A stretch of DNA of 64,000 nt, from positions 96,780-160,779 of the forward strand of contig JABLXP010000001.1 in the NCBI GenBank assembly GCA_013178045.1, given 5' to 3'. The notes beneath the pieces were generated by a model. The model was given only the letters and a program-made list of their open reading frames with translations, had not been told where the DNA came from and did not search any database. Positions 49,506 to 59,193 of the stretch are shown one piece after another. Made by a program: the position numbers and the translations under genes. This DNA is from Bacillota bacterium (GTDB lineage: Bacteria > Bacillota > Ch66). How positions within the stretch are numbered: position 1 is the stretch's first letter; every line of letters begins with the position of its first letter.

Positions 49506-50837
49506 TTGACTGTTAAAGTTGGGGTAGTCAGCTTAGGTTGCCCAAAAAATCTTGTTGACTCCGAGGTAATGCTGGGCTTTTTAACTAAGCAAGGTTATGA
49601 GATTACCAACAGGGAAGATGCGGCTGATGTGTTAATCGTCAATACCTGTGGATTTATTGAAGCCGCAAAAGAGGAGTCGATCCACCAGATCCTGGAGTTA
49701 GCGAAGTGGAAGAGTGAGGGGCAGTGTCATGGTTTAATCGTGACGGGTTGCCTGGCCCAACGTTATAGTAACGAACTCCTAGCTGAGTTGCCGGAGATCG
49801 ATGCGGTTGTTGGCACTGGCGAGTTTTCTCGCATTGCTCAGGTTGTTGAACAAGTGCTGCAAGGAAAAAGAGTTGCCTTCATTGATCAACCCCAGTTTAT
49901 ATATGGCCATCAGACACCGCGCCGTTTGACGACCCCGCGCCACTATGCATATCTTAAAATCGCTGAAGGGTGTGATAATCGCTGCTCTTATTGCATTATT
50001 CCTGCTATCCGGGGTAATTACCGCAGTCGTCCCCTGGAATCCGTGCTGGCCGAAGCCGAGGCTTTAGTCGGGCAGGGAGTTAAAGAGATTATTCTGATTG
50101 CCCAGGATACCACCTGCTATGGGGTAGATATTTATGGGAAAAGCCGGCTTCCTGATTTGCTGCGGAGTCTGGCTCGACTCAAGAACCTGGAATGGGTCAG
50201 GTGGCTTTACGGCTATCCGGGTCGGATTACTGATGAGCTAGTTGAAACAATGGCCAGTGAACCCAAGGTGTGTAATTACCTGGATCTTCCTTTGCAACAC
50301 GCTGATCCGCGTGTGTTAGCCCGGATGAACCGGCCAGTGAATCTGGAACCAGTCAAAGCTTTACTGCATAAAGTTCGGCAAAGGCTTCCCGATGTAGCCA
50401 TTCGTACCTCTTTTATTGTGGGATTTCCCGGTGAGACGGAACTTGAGTTTGCTCATTTGCTCAATTTCGTTCAGGAAATGCGATTCGATCGCGTCGGAGT
50501 TTTTACCTACTCAGCGGAGGAAAATACCCCGGCGGCTAGCTTGCCTGAACAAGTGGAAGAAGAAATCAAGCAGCGTCGGTATCATCAACTGATGCAGCTG
50601 CAGCAAGATATTTCGCGGCAGAAAAATCAAGCCTGGATCGGACGAACCGTACCGGTTCTGATCGAAGGACAAACTGAAGGTGATTCCCGTATGTATTACG
50701 GACGGACAGAACGGGACGCCCCCGGGATTGATGGAATGGTTTATATTCCGTCAGCCCCAGTTCAGGCAGGCGATATGGTGCTGGTGAGGATCACCGGCGC
50801 GACTGAATATGACTTAATTGGAGAGGTTGTTTTATGA
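49506..50837 (+). CDS. rimO: Ribosomal protein S12 methylthiotransferase RimO (radical SAM MTTase with TRAM domain)
   Basis: MTTase N-domain cysteines, the CDNRCSYC radical-SAM motif and a C-terminal TRAM domain. TTG start 8 nt after GAGGGG. The ORF-track start is 49482. Confidence 0.7.
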   Translation: MTVKVGVVSLGCPKNLVDSEVMLGFLTKQGYEITNREDAADVLIVNTCGFIEAAKEESIHQILELAKWKSEGQCHGLIVTGCLAQRYSNELLAELPEIDAVVGTGEFSRIAQVVEQVLQGKRVAFIDQPQFIYGHQTPRRLTTPRHYAYLKIAEGCDNRCSYCIIPAIRGNYRSRPLESVLAEAEALVGQGVKEIILIAQDTTCYGVDIYGKSRLPDLLRSLARLKNLEWVRWLYGYPGRITDELVETMASEPKVCNYLDLPLQHADPRVLARMNRPVNLEPVKALLHKVRQRLPDVAIRTSFIVGFPGETELEFAHLLNFVQEMRFDRVGVFTYSAEENTPAASLPEQVEEEIKQRRYHQLMQLQQDISRQKNQAWIGRTVPVLIEGQTEGDSRMYYGRTERDAPGIDGMVYIPSAPVQAGDMVLVRITGATEYDLIGEVVL

Positions 50838-51379
50838 ATCTACCTAATCTCTTAACATTGCTCAGGATTTTCCTGGTCCCAGTTTTCATGCTGATCTTGT
50901 TGATCAGAATTCCTTACGGTGAATATATCGCCGCGGGCATCTTTATCCTGGCGGCTAGCACTGATGGTTTGGATGGCTATATTGCGCGCAGTCGCCACCA
51001 GGTAACCCGGTTTGGAAAATTAATGGACCCTCTGGCTGATAAGTTACTGGTCTCAGCTGCGCTGATCTCCCTGGTGGAATTGCAACAAATTTCGGCCTGG
51101 ATTGCGGTAATCATTATTGGACGGGAATTTGCCGTTTCCGGTTTACGGTCGGTTGCGGCGGCTGAGGGAGTGATTATCGCGGCCAGTAAACTGGGTAAGG
51201 CAAAAACAATTACCCAAATCGTGGCGATTACGGTGATCCTTTTGAATGATTTCCCGTTCAGTCTGATTAGTTTTCCGATCGGCGAAGCCGCAATGATGGT
51301 TGCTGTAGCATTTACTGTAATTTCAGGAATCGATTATTTTATTAAGGCGAAAAAAACACTGCGACTTTACATGGAATAG
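50834..51379 (+). CDS. pgsA: CDP-diacylglycerol--glycerol-3-phosphate 3-phosphatidyltransferase
   Basis: CDP-alcohol phosphatidyltransferase motif DGxxAR...G...D...D. Confidence 0.9.
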   Translation: MNLPNLLTLLRIFLVPVFMLILLIRIPYGEYIAAGIFILAASTDGLDGYIARSRHQVTRFGKLMDPLADKLLVSAALISLVELQQISAWIAVIIIGREFAVSGLRSVAAAEGVIIAASKLGKAKTITQIVAITVILLNDFPFSLISFPIGEAAMMVAVAFTVISGIDYFIKAKKTLRLYME

Positions 51380-51412
51380 ATCGTTTTTTCTCAGTTTTTG
51401 TAAATTCTCCTG

Positions 51413-51442
51413 TTGAACCGGATTCACAGTTAATGATATAAT
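51413..51442 (+). promoter_or_regulatory. Sigma-A promoter for the ABC transporter operon
   Basis: TTGAAC, an 18-nt spacer, then TATAAT. Confidence 0.45.
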
Positions 51443-51482
51443 TTGTCTGAGTTATTAATTAAAACAGGAGGAAAATGAAGCC

Positions 51483-52295
51483 ATGTTCAAACACAAGGGG
51501 TTTGTTCTACTGATGGTAACACTGCTTGTGGCCAGCTTGGTGTTAGGGGTAGTCGGGTGCGGTCAGAAAACCGAACCACCTAAAGAGCCTGCTAAACAAG
51601 CCGGCGAGCCGGCCAAACAACCGTCCAAGAAACTAGTGGTAGGAACGGATGCCACTTATCCACCCATGGAGTTTCATGAAAAGACCGGAGATAAGGATGT
51701 TATTGTCGGGTTTGACATTGATTTTGCCACGGCTCTGGCCAAGGAAATGGGTATGGAAGTAGAATTCAAGGACACTGCTTGGGACGGGATCATTCCAGCT
51801 CTGCAGGGCGGGAAGTTTGATATGATCGTCTCTTCAATGACCATTACTGATGAACGGAAGAAGACGGTAAACTTTTCTGATCCCTATTTTGAGGCTGGCC
51901 AGATAATCGCTGTACGACCTGATAACACAACGATCACCAAACTAGAAGACCTAGCGGGGAAACGCATCGGTGTCCAGATCGGCACCACTGGTGATGAAAT
52001 GGCAACGAAGGAGACGAAGGGAAAGGTCCAGCGATTTAACACGATTAGTGATGCGTTCATGGCCCTGGAGCAAGGTCGCGTTGACGCGGTTTTAAACGAT
52101 AAACAGGTGGCCGAGTATTACATTAAGAAGGGAGCCAAGGTGAAGACGGTTGGTCCGCTCTACTCTAAAGAATACTACGGGATCGCGATCAAGAAAGAGA
52201 ACACCGAATTGTTGAAACAAGTCAATGATGCCCTGAAGAAGCTGAAAGACAGCGGCAAATACCAGGAGATTTATAACAAGTGGTTTGGCAAATAA
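51483..52295 (+). CDS. Polar amino-acid ABC transporter substrate-binding lipoprotein
   Basis: Lipobox LVLGVVGCGQ and a family-3 SBP fold. Confidence 0.85.
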   Translation: MFKHKGFVLLMVTLLVASLVLGVVGCGQKTEPPKEPAKQAGEPAKQPSKKLVVGTDATYPPMEFHEKTGDKDVIVGFDIDFATALAKEMGMEVEFKDTAWDGIIPALQGGKFDMIVSSMTITDERKKTVNFSDPYFEAGQIIAVRPDNTTITKLEDLAGKRIGVQIGTTGDEMATKETKGKVQRFNTISDAFMALEQGRVDAVLNDKQVAEYYIKKGAKVKTVGPLYSKEYYGIAIKKENTELLKQVNDALKKLKDSGKYQEIYNKWFGK

Positions 52296-52333
52296 GCAGA
52301 TTTAGATATATTCTTAATCCAGATGGTTTAAGC

Positions 52334-52360
52334 AACCGGTGAGCATCCTCACCGGTTTTC
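52334..52360 (+). promoter_or_regulatory. Intercistronic stem-loop between the SBP and permease genes
   Basis: AACCGGTGAG-CATC-CTCACCGGTT is a 10-bp perfect stem followed by TTCACTT. Confidence 0.45.
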
Positions 52361-52393
52361 ACTTGATCGATTCGATTAGTAAGGGGAGAAAAA

Positions 52394-53047
52394 ATGGGTG
52401 CTTTAGATATCGTGTTGGATTCATTGCCTAGTTTACTGTTAGGGGCGAGGGTAACCCTCACCTTGACCGGATTAGCGGTGCTGTTTGGAACGATTATTGG
52501 TACCTTCGTGGGGATGGCCCGCATCTCCAAGAACAAGCTTATCTATGGCGTCGCTACAGCTTATGTCGAGATAATCCGTGGTACACCGCTCCTTTTACAG
52601 ATCTACTTTTGTTTTTTTGGTCTGGGTCAATTAGGAATCAATTTGGATGAGGTCACAGCTGCCGTCGTGGCCTTGGCAGCTAACTGTGGGGGTTACACCG
52701 CTGAGATTGTCCGGGCAGGGATTCAAGCTATTCCCAAAGGCCAGATGGAAGCCGCACGCTCTTTGGGCATGACTTACTCCCAGGCCATGCGCAAAGTCAT
52801 CCTGCCCCAGGCCTTTCGCCAGATGATTCCACCGATGGTTAACGAATTTACTGCTATGCTTAAAGACTCTTCCTTGGTCTCGATTCTTTCGATCACAGAG
52901 TTAATGCGGGCCGGGGTTATTGTTGTGACTAGAACATACCAGGCGATTCCTTTGCTCTCCGCTGTTGGTGTTATTTACTTTATCATGACGTTCATCCTGT
53001 CACAGCTGGCGAATTACCTGGAGAGGAGGTTGAGGACGGGTGATTAA
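52394..53047 (+). CDS. Polar amino-acid ABC transporter permease
   Basis: HisM/GlnP-type permease with the EAA loop region. Confidence 0.85.
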   Translation: MGALDIVLDSLPSLLLGARVTLTLTGLAVLFGTIIGTFVGMARISKNKLIYGVATAYVEIIRGTPLLLQIYFCFFGLGQLGINLDEVTAAVVALAANCGGYTAEIVRAGIQAIPKGQMEAARSLGMTYSQAMRKVILPQAFRQMIPPMVNEFTAMLKDSSLVSILSITELMRAGVIVVTRTYQAIPLLSAVGVIYFIMTFILSQLANYLERRLRTGD

Positions 53048-53762
53048 AGTAAGAAAACTGAATAAAAAATTTGGCCGCCTCCACGTCTTAAAAGATATCA
53101 GTCTGTTTGTGAATCCTGGAGAAGTTATAGTGATTATTGGACCCAGTGGCTCCGGCAAGAGTACCTTCTTGCGGTGCCTCAATCAGTTGGAGAGCATTAC
53201 CAGTGGCGAGATTTTTGTTGATGGAGTATCGCTGACCGATCCCCGAACTGACCTCAATCTGATTCGCCGTCGGATCGGTATGGTTTTTCAACAGTTTAAT
53301 CTTTTTCCTCACCGCACTGCATTGGATAATATTACCATGGCACCGCTGGAGGTGTTGAAGCAAAAACGCGAGCATGCGGAAGCTGTGGCTTTTGACCTGC
53401 TGAAAAAGGTTGGCTTGGCGGATAAGGCCCAGGCCTATCCCAGTCAACTGTCGGGTGGACAACAGCAGCGGGTGGCGATCGCCCGAGCGTTGGCCATGCG
53501 GCCGGATATAATGTTGTTTGATGAACCAACATCGGCTCTCGACCCAGAAATGATTAACGAGGTCCTCGATGTGATGAAAGACCTCGCCCGAGAAGGGATG
53601 ACGATGGTGGTGGTCACGCACGAAATGGGTTTTGCTCGTGAGGTAGCCGACCGGGTTTTATTTATGGACGACGGGCGGCTCTTAGAAGAAGGCGAACCCA
53701 CGGATATCTTTTCTAATCCGCGTCACGAGCGAACCAGGGAGTTTTTAAGTAAAGTGTTGTAA
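53040..53762 (+). CDS. Polar amino-acid ABC transporter ATP-binding protein
   Basis: GPSGSGKST Walker [16 protein letters not shown] signature and [10 protein letters not shown] Walker B. Confidence 0.9.
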   Translation: MIKVRKLNKKFGRLHVLKDISLFVNPGEVIVIIGPSGSGKSTFLRCLNQLESITSGEIFVDGVSLTDPRTDLNLIRRRIGMVFQQFNLFPHRTALDNITMAPLEVLKQKREHAEAVAFDLLKKVGLADKAQAYPSQLSGGQQQRVAIARALAMRPDIMLFDEPTSALDPEMINEVLDVMKDLAREGMTMVVVTHEMGFAREVADRVLFMDDGRLLEEGEPTDIFSNPRHERTREFLSKVL

Positions 53763-53790
53763 TCGATGTTTGGGGTTATTGAACCGTTAA

Positions 53791-54798
53791 TCACTCGTAA
53801 AAGTGGTTGAATCCGCGTGGTGTAAGTTCCGTCCTTGAACCGTTGGCACTCTGCAGCCAGCGGCCAGCGGGAGCCGGTAAAATTTCTCCGACCACAGTTA
53901 ATGGACAGCCAGTATCGGCTATAACCTCGGTCAAACTGGGCAGATTGGCAGGAGCAGTGGTAAAAACCAGTTCATAATCCTCACCGCCGTACAGCGCCCA
54001 GTTTATTTCTTTTGCGTTAAAGTGACGGGCAATGGCGCGCGTAGTGGTCGAGATCGGCAGAGCCTCAACCCAAAGCACGGCCCCGGTTTGACTGGCACTG
54101 CAGATTTCTGTAACTTCACTGGCCAATCCATCACTAATGTCATTCATTGCCGTAACCAGACCGGTGGCCGCCAGCCGCTGCCCGATCTCGACCCGTGGCT
54201 CTGGTCGGAGGTGGCGGCGTATGACTGCTTTGGTTTCGGGTAGATGGCAAACAGGGGCATTGGCCAGTACGTGCAGACCAGCGGCTGAAGCCCCCAGGTC
54301 GCCAGTGACCACGATCACGTCTTCTACCTGTGCGCCTGACCGTAAGACAACATGGTCCGGCGTTGCCTCGCCTAAAAGCGTCAGACTGAGACACACACCG
54401 CCGGTGGAGCGGACGGTGTCTCCACCCACGATGTTTACCCCAAACTGCCGAGCCAGTTGAATCATCCCGGTGTATAACTCTTCCACTTCTTCTACCGTGA
54501 GACTGGGTGGCAGGGCGATGGTGACCAGGGCACTTAAAGGCCGTCCTCCCATGGCAGCGATATCGCTTAAATTAATGGCCATGGCTTTGTGGCCTAGATC
54601 CGCCAGGGAAGTCCATTCTCGCCGAAAATGGATCCCTTCTACCAGCATATCGGCGGTGGCCAGCAGGACCCGTTCGGGCTGCTGCGGCAGGACTGCGGCA
54701 TCATCGCCGATCCCAACCAGAACAGTAGACGGATTACAGATGGACAAAGGTTTTATGCGGTTAATTAGACCGAACTCACCAATTTCGTGCAGTTTCAT
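53791..54798 (-). CDS. thiL: Thiamine-monophosphate kinase
   Basis: ThiL/AIR-synthase-related fold. Last gene of the thi operon. Confidence 0.85.
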   Translation of the reverse strand: MKLHEIGEFGLINRIKPLSICNPSTVLVGIGDDAAVLPQQPERVLLATADMLVEGIHFRREWTSLADLGHKAMAINLSDIAAMGGRPLSALVTIALPPSLTVEEVEELYTGMIQLARQFGVNIVGGDTVRSTGGVCLSLTLLGEATPDHVVLRSGAQVEDVIVVTGDLGASAAGLHVLANAPVCHLPETKAVIRRHLRPEPRVEIGQRLAATGLVTAMNDISDGLASEVTEICSASQTGAVLWVEALPISTTTRAIARHFNAKEINWALYGGEDYELVFTTAPANLPSLTEVIADTGCPLTVVGEILPAPAGRWLQSANGSRTELTPRGFNHFYE

Positions 54799-55432
54799 AC
54801 ATCCTACTCCTATGCAAAATTTCAGTCAGCATTTCCTGGGTTGTCTTGGCAATGTCTGGAGCAGTAACAATAGCAGAAACAACCGCGATCCCATCAGCTC
54901 CAGCCGAAATCACCTCGCGAATATTGGTCAGGTTGATGCCTCCGATGGCTATCAGGGGGAGGGAAACGACCTGACGGATTTCCTTTAATCCAGCAAGACC
55001 GACGATATCCCGCGCATCACTTTTAGTGGTCGTTGGGTAAATAGGTCCGACCCCAAGATAGTCGGCTCCTGCTGCCTGAGCAGCCAGGGCTTCGGCGACG
55101 GAGGTGACGGAAATCCCAAGGATTTTCCCAGGGCCTAATAACTTTCGGGCTACTTCGGCTGGCAAATCATCCTGCCCGAGGTGAACGCCATCTGCGTCAA
55201 CGGCGAGGGCAAGGTCAACCCGGTCGTTGATAATGAATGCAGCACCCGCTCTGGCGGTGATTTCTCGCAGTTCTACTGCTTGCTGCCAGAGTTGACGTTC
55301 AGGAAGTGCTTTTTCCCTCAGTTGAACTGCTGTTGCTCCTCCAGCCAGGGCTTGGGTAATCACCTCTCGGTTGCTACGAGGAGAAGACAACTGCTGATCG
55401 GTGATGACATATAAGGTTCCGTTAAAAAACAT
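54776..55432 (-). CDS. thiE: Thiamine-phosphate synthase
   Basis: ThiE TIM-barrel motifs (LYVITD, VQLREK, GADGVHLGQ). Confidence 0.9.
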   Translation of the reverse strand: MFFNGTLYVITDQQLSSPRSNREVITQALAGGATAVQLREKALPERQLWQQAVELREITARAGAAFIINDRVDLALAVDADGVHLGQDDLPAEVARKLLGPGKILGISVTSVAEALAAQAAGADYLGVGPIYPTTTKSDARDIVGLAGLKEIRQVVSLPLIAIGGINLTNIREVISAGADGIAVVSAIVTAPDIAKTTQEMLTEILHRSRMYETARNW

Positions 55433-56259
55433 TAATTAACCTGACCTCCCTGGCAATTTTCAATAGTGAAGCGCCCCATACGCCGGATTGTTTGTTCATC
55501 CAGATTATACAGGCTGTCGAAGAAAGCGGCTTTAAAACTGGCTGGCCCAGTAGTTTCAGGCCTTTGGGCGGCTAATTCTCCAGCGATCCCAAAGCAGACG
55601 AGAGCGCCAAGGGAAGCCAGGACGGGATCTCGTTCTACAGCGGCGAAAGTGGCAATCACGGAGGCAGCCATACACCCGGTGCCAGTGATCGTTCCCATCA
55701 GAGGATGCCCATTGTCTACATAGGCCCAGATCTGACCGTTGGTGATGAGGTCGCGTGGTCCGGTGACGACGACGGTGGTTTGGTGGGTATTAGCTAGTCG
55801 AGTCGCTCCTTCTGCTAGATCACCGGTAACGCCAACCGCTTCTACTCCTTTGATTTCTCCTTGCAGGCCAGCCAGGATGGCGATCTCCGCCGAATTACCC
55901 TTGATAACCGTTACCTTGACGGCATGCAAAATTGCCCGCGCGCTGTCTGTTCTAAGTCTGGTGGCGCCAACACCGACCGGATCCAGGATGACTGGGATAT
56001 TTTTCGCATTTGCCTGTTGGCCAGCGAGAATCATGGCCTTGATCTGGTCAGGAGTGAGGGTACCGATATTAAGCACTAGGGCGCCGGCCATCGTGACCAT
56101 CTCTTCGACTTCTTCTCGGGCATGGGCCATGACAGGCAACGCACCCATTGCAAGGGTAATGTTGGCACAGTCATTGATCGTTACCTGATTGGTAATATGA
56201 TGGATTAGCGGTTTGGACTTACGCAGTTGATTGAAGCGGTTGACAATTTGGTTAAGCAC
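55432..56259 (-). CDS. thiM: Hydroxyethylthiazole kinase
   Basis: ThiM family sequence ([14 protein letters not shown]...). Confidence 0.9.
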   Translation of the reverse strand: MLNQIVNRFNQLRKSKPLIHHITNQVTINDCANITLAMGALPVMAHAREEVEEMVTMAGALVLNIGTLTPDQIKAMILAGQQANAKNIPVILDPVGVGATRLRTDSARAILHAVKVTVIKGNSAEIAILAGLQGEIKGVEAVGVTGDLAEGATRLANTHQTTVVVTGPRDLITNGQIWAYVDNGHPLMGTITGTGCMAASVIATFAAVERDPVLASLGALVCFGIAGELAAQRPETTGPASFKAAFFDSLYNLDEQTIRRMGRFTIENCQGGQVN

Positions 56260-56677
56260 GAGATATTCCTCCTAATTTATTAATTATTGTTTGTTCCAGA
56301 GTATAACAGCGATAACGGATTTTTTTGAAACTGACCCCGATTTCTGGAGACAATAGTTTCCCGAATTCCTCCAGCACCCGCATGGCTTCCTGAATTCGAC
56401 GAAGGTTGGCCCGCACCAGGTCAGTTAAGTTTACCCTCGGTGTCTGACCATCTCTGGCTAACTCTGTGCCCACATCACCGTCGGTGTTTCGTTTTACCAG
56501 GAGTTCAGATGCATTGGGAATGCTAAATTCAGCCTGAAGTAGGTCGTGTCTCAACTGTTTTATACTGTCTGTTAGAACTTGGTCGTTCAGGATGAAGCGG
56601 GCGACTTCTTCGACTACGCGCAATCCTTCACGTGCTCGATTAAGGTTGGCATCGATAATCCGATAGATGGTATGCAT
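56252..56677 (-). CDS. Hypothetical protein (141 aa), the first gene of the riboswitch-controlled thi operon
   Basis: Translationally coupled to thiM and immediately downstream of the TPP riboswitch. The sequence [22 protein letters not shown] resembles N-terminal extensions I have seen fused to ThiE in other bacteria. This family assignment is not certain. Confidence 0.5.
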   Translation of the reverse strand: MHTIYRIIDANLNRAREGLRVVEEVARFILNDQVLTDSIKQLRHDLLQAEFSIPNASELLVKRNTDGDVGTELARDGQTPRVNLTDLVRANLRRIQEAMRVLEEFGKLLSPEIGVSFKKIRYRCYTLEQTIINKLGGISRA

Positions 56678-56694
56678 TGAATTTCACCTCCCCC

Positions 56695-56744
56695 GAGTTA
56701 AATAAACAGCAAAAACCGTGAAGCCTGATCCAGGTTTCACGGTT
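56695..56744 (-). terminator. Riboswitch expression-platform terminator (OFF-state)
   Basis: On the minus strand, CCGTGAAACCTGGATCAGGCTTCACGG is followed by TTTTTGCTGTTTATTT. Confidence 0.5.
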
Positions 56745-56858
56745 GATTTCTCACCCGCTTCCCTACGCTGGTATTACCCAGATCAGGTGCAAAGGGTCAA
56801 CGGCTTCATGCCATTTCTCAGCTCTGTTTTAACGAGCTCCCCTAGCGGTTATACGTTC
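56745..56858 (-). ncRNA. TPP (thiamine pyrophosphate) riboswitch aptamer
   Basis: The minus-strand sequence contains CTAGGGGAGC...GCTGAGA...ACCCTTTGCACCTGATCTGGGTAATACCAGCGTAGGGAA. This matches the THI-box consensus (GGGG, CUGAGA, ACCUGAUCUGGAUAAUGCCAGCGUAGGGA). Confidence 0.85.
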
Positions 56859-56871
56859 TTTAATTTCCTTC

Positions 56872-56900
56872 AATATACCATATCTGGTTTGAGGTGTAAA
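56872..56900 (-). promoter_or_regulatory. Sigma-A promoter of the thi operon
   Basis: On the minus strand, TTTACA, a 17-nt spacer, then TATATT, about 15 nt upstream of the riboswitch. Confidence 0.5.
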
Positions 56901-56960
56901 GATATAAAACTCAGGGACAGACTTTCCAGACATCTCCTAAAGAACCTGACTATCGGCTTG

Positions 56961-56969
56961 TGGTATAAT
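56961..56969 (+). promoter_or_regulatory. Extended -10 promoter element (TGgTATAAT) divergent from the thi promoter
   Basis: TGGTATAAT at 56961-56969. The -35 element is poor. Confidence 0.3.
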
Positions 56970-57012
56970 GTCTCGTAGGTTACAGCGGGTTAGAGAAAGG
57001 AGTTGACTCCCT

Positions 57013-57594
57013 ATGAAGGTGAAAGACATACGCATTATCGTTGCTCTGCTGGTCATGATTGGGACCTTCACCGTGCTCGTGGGAGGCAACTTCATTTACC
57101 AACGGTATTTTGTTCAGCAACCTTTGGCGGCGCTCCTAGCCCAGAACAGTGATGTTCACAACCTGCAGATTGAGCAGGAGGCTGACCGGGTGGTGATTAC
57201 GGTTGAATTGGGCGAAGTTAAGAACCTGCAGGATACTTATCGTGAGTTAGAAGAAATGGTCCGGAAACATATGGGGTCAAAGAATTGGGAGCTCAGGATT
57301 ATTGATACCCGGACGCCGAATCTGGAACGGGTTTGGCATGCTTCCCAGTTTGCCCTGTATGAAGCGATCGTCCAGGGAAACTTTACTCACATGGCTAGTG
57401 TAATTGAGCAGTTAGCTAAAGGTGCTGGTCTTGACCGCTACGGATTGTATATAGACGAAAATTACCTCTACCTGCAACTGCATCAAGACCAAAACTTTCT
57501 TTACGCTGTTCTTCCGAGGGGTTCAGTGCTGGGTAATCAACTGGCTCCAACAAGAATGGCCTTGGAAGGACAAGGGGGTAAAGCCAGTGATTAA
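57013..57594 (+). CDS. Hypothetical single-pass membrane protein (193 aa)
   Basis: N-terminal TM helix IIVALLVMIGTFTVLVGG and an AAGGAG RBS. Its stop overlaps the start of the downstream FtsH-like gene by 8 nt. Confidence 0.5.
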   Translation: MKVKDIRIIVALLVMIGTFTVLVGGNFIYQRYFVQQPLAALLAQNSDVHNLQIEQEADRVVITVELGEVKNLQDTYRELEEMVRKHMGSKNWELRIIDTRTPNLERVWHASQFALYEAIVQGNFTHMASVIEQLAKGAGLDRYGLYIDENYLYLQLHQDQNFLYAVLPRGSVLGNQLAPTRMALEGQGGKASD

Positions 57595-59071
57595 AGAGAT
57601 TCTGGTGGGTGTCGGCCTGGGAATTTTGGCTTTTCTGGCGTTTATGGGAGTCAATGTTGCTCCGTTTTTGTTGATGGGAGGGCTGATCGCTACCTTCTAT
57701 TTCATCGTTGAGAAGAAGGGCCTGTTGAAGTCTACGGTAATCGGTGAGTATGGACTGCGGACGGAGTTCACTTTTGAAGACATTGGTGGACAAGCCACGG
57801 CCAAGCAAGAATTGAAAGAGGCACTGGAATTTATAATTCAGGCGGACAAAATTCGTGAAATGGGTATTCGACCATTAAAGGGAATTCTTTTAACCGGTCC
57901 GCCGGGAACGGGAAAAACTTTACTGGCGAAAGCAGCCGCTACTTATACGCGGTCTTTATTCCTGGCTGCTTCCGGCTCTGAATTTATTGAAATGTATGCT
58001 GGAGTCGGGGCGCAACGGGTTAGAAGTCTATTCAAAAGCGCACGCGAACAGGCTAAACGTCAGGGGAAAAACAGCGCGATCATATTTATTGATGAGATTG
58101 AGGTGCTTGGTGGTAAAAGGGGATCGCACACCAGCCACCTGGAATATGATCAGACCTTGAACCAACTCCTGGTCGAGATGGATGGAATCTCTAACCAGGA
58201 CGATATTCGTTTGCTGGTGATTGGGGCGACCAATCGGATGGACATGCTGGATCCAGCCTTGCTTCGTCCCGGCCGGTTTGACCGACAGGTGCGGGTCGAC
58301 CTTCCCGATAAAGCAGGACGTTTAGAAATCCTCCGATTGCATACGAAGAATAAGCCGCTGGATGATGAAGTTGATCTTGAGCAAATCGCCAGGGAGAGCT
58401 TTGGTTTTTCCGGGGCTCACTTAGAGAGCCTGGCCAACGAAGCCGCAGTTTTAGCCTTGCGTGAGGGAGCAAAGGTGATTACTCAACATCACTTGCGCGA
58501 GGCGATTGACAAGGTAATCATGGGAGAAAAACTTGATCGCAAACCAACGCAGGATGAACTTGAACGGGTAGCAGTTCATGAAGCTGGTCACGCGGTGGTG
58601 AGTGAAGTGGTGCGAGCAAATTCGGTGGCCCGGGTGACCATTTCTCCCCGGGGTGGCGCGCTGGGTTACGTTCGACGGACACCCGAAAACGACCAGTACC
58701 TTTATACCCGGGATTTTATTGAGAAGCAGATTATGATTTGCCTGGGCGGAGCAGTTGCCGAGGAAGTGGTGTTAGGAGAGCGGAGCACGGGCTCGTCTAA
58801 TGATTTTGAAGAGGCTGTCCGGCTGGCCAAAAAGATCATCAGTGCTGGATTGTCTCCTCTGGGGATTATCTGCGAGGAGAACATCTCCTCAGAAACAATG
58901 CACCAAGCTATAAAAGATATCATTGCTCAACAGGAGTTTCAGGTAAAGCGTCTGGTTGAGCGGTACCGCAGTAGCATCATCGGGATCGCCAAGGTATTGC
59001 TGGACAACGAAAGCTTACCTGGCGAGGAATTGCGTGCCTACCTTTATAATAGTGTAAGCAAAGCTTCGTAA
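57587..59071 (+). CDS. Short FtsH-family AAA+ zinc metalloprotease, with two closely spaced TM helices and no periplasmic domain
   Basis: Walker A GPPGTGKT, Walker B IIFIDEIE, second region of homology GATNRMDMLDPALLRPGRFDR and M41 zinc site HEAGHAV. 494 aa. GTG start 9 nt after GGGGG. Confidence 0.8.
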   Translation: MIKEILVGVGLGILAFLAFMGVNVAPFLLMGGLIATFYFIVEKKGLLKSTVIGEYGLRTEFTFEDIGGQATAKQELKEALEFIIQADKIREMGIRPLKGILLTGPPGTGKTLLAKAAATYTRSLFLAASGSEFIEMYAGVGAQRVRSLFKSAREQAKRQGKNSAIIFIDEIEVLGGKRGSHTSHLEYDQTLNQLLVEMDGISNQDDIRLLVIGATNRMDMLDPALLRPGRFDRQVRVDLPDKAGRLEILRLHTKNKPLDDEVDLEQIARESFGFSGAHLESLANEAAVLALREGAKVITQHHLREAIDKVIMGEKLDRKPTQDELERVAVHEAGHAVVSEVVRANSVARVTISPRGGALGYVRRTPENDQYLYTRDFIEKQIMICLGGAVAEEVVLGERSTGSSNDFEEAVRLAKKIISAGLSPLGIICEENISSETMHQAIKDIIAQQEFQVKRLVERYRSSIIGIAKVLLDNESLPGEELRAYLYNSVSKAS

Positions 59072-59077
59072 ACATTA

Positions 59078-59115
59078 AGCCTGAGACAAAAAAGTTTCAG
59101 GCTCACTCTTTTTAG
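59078..59115 (+). terminator. Rho-independent terminator after the FtsH-like gene
   Basis: AGCCTGA-(12-nt loop)-TCAGGCT followed by CACTCTTTTT. Confidence 0.6.
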
Positions 59116-59193
59116 TCAGAACAAAAAAGGAAATTTATTAGATATCACGAAAATATGTAATATTGGCTATTGCCAGAAAAAGAGAGCTTGCCC

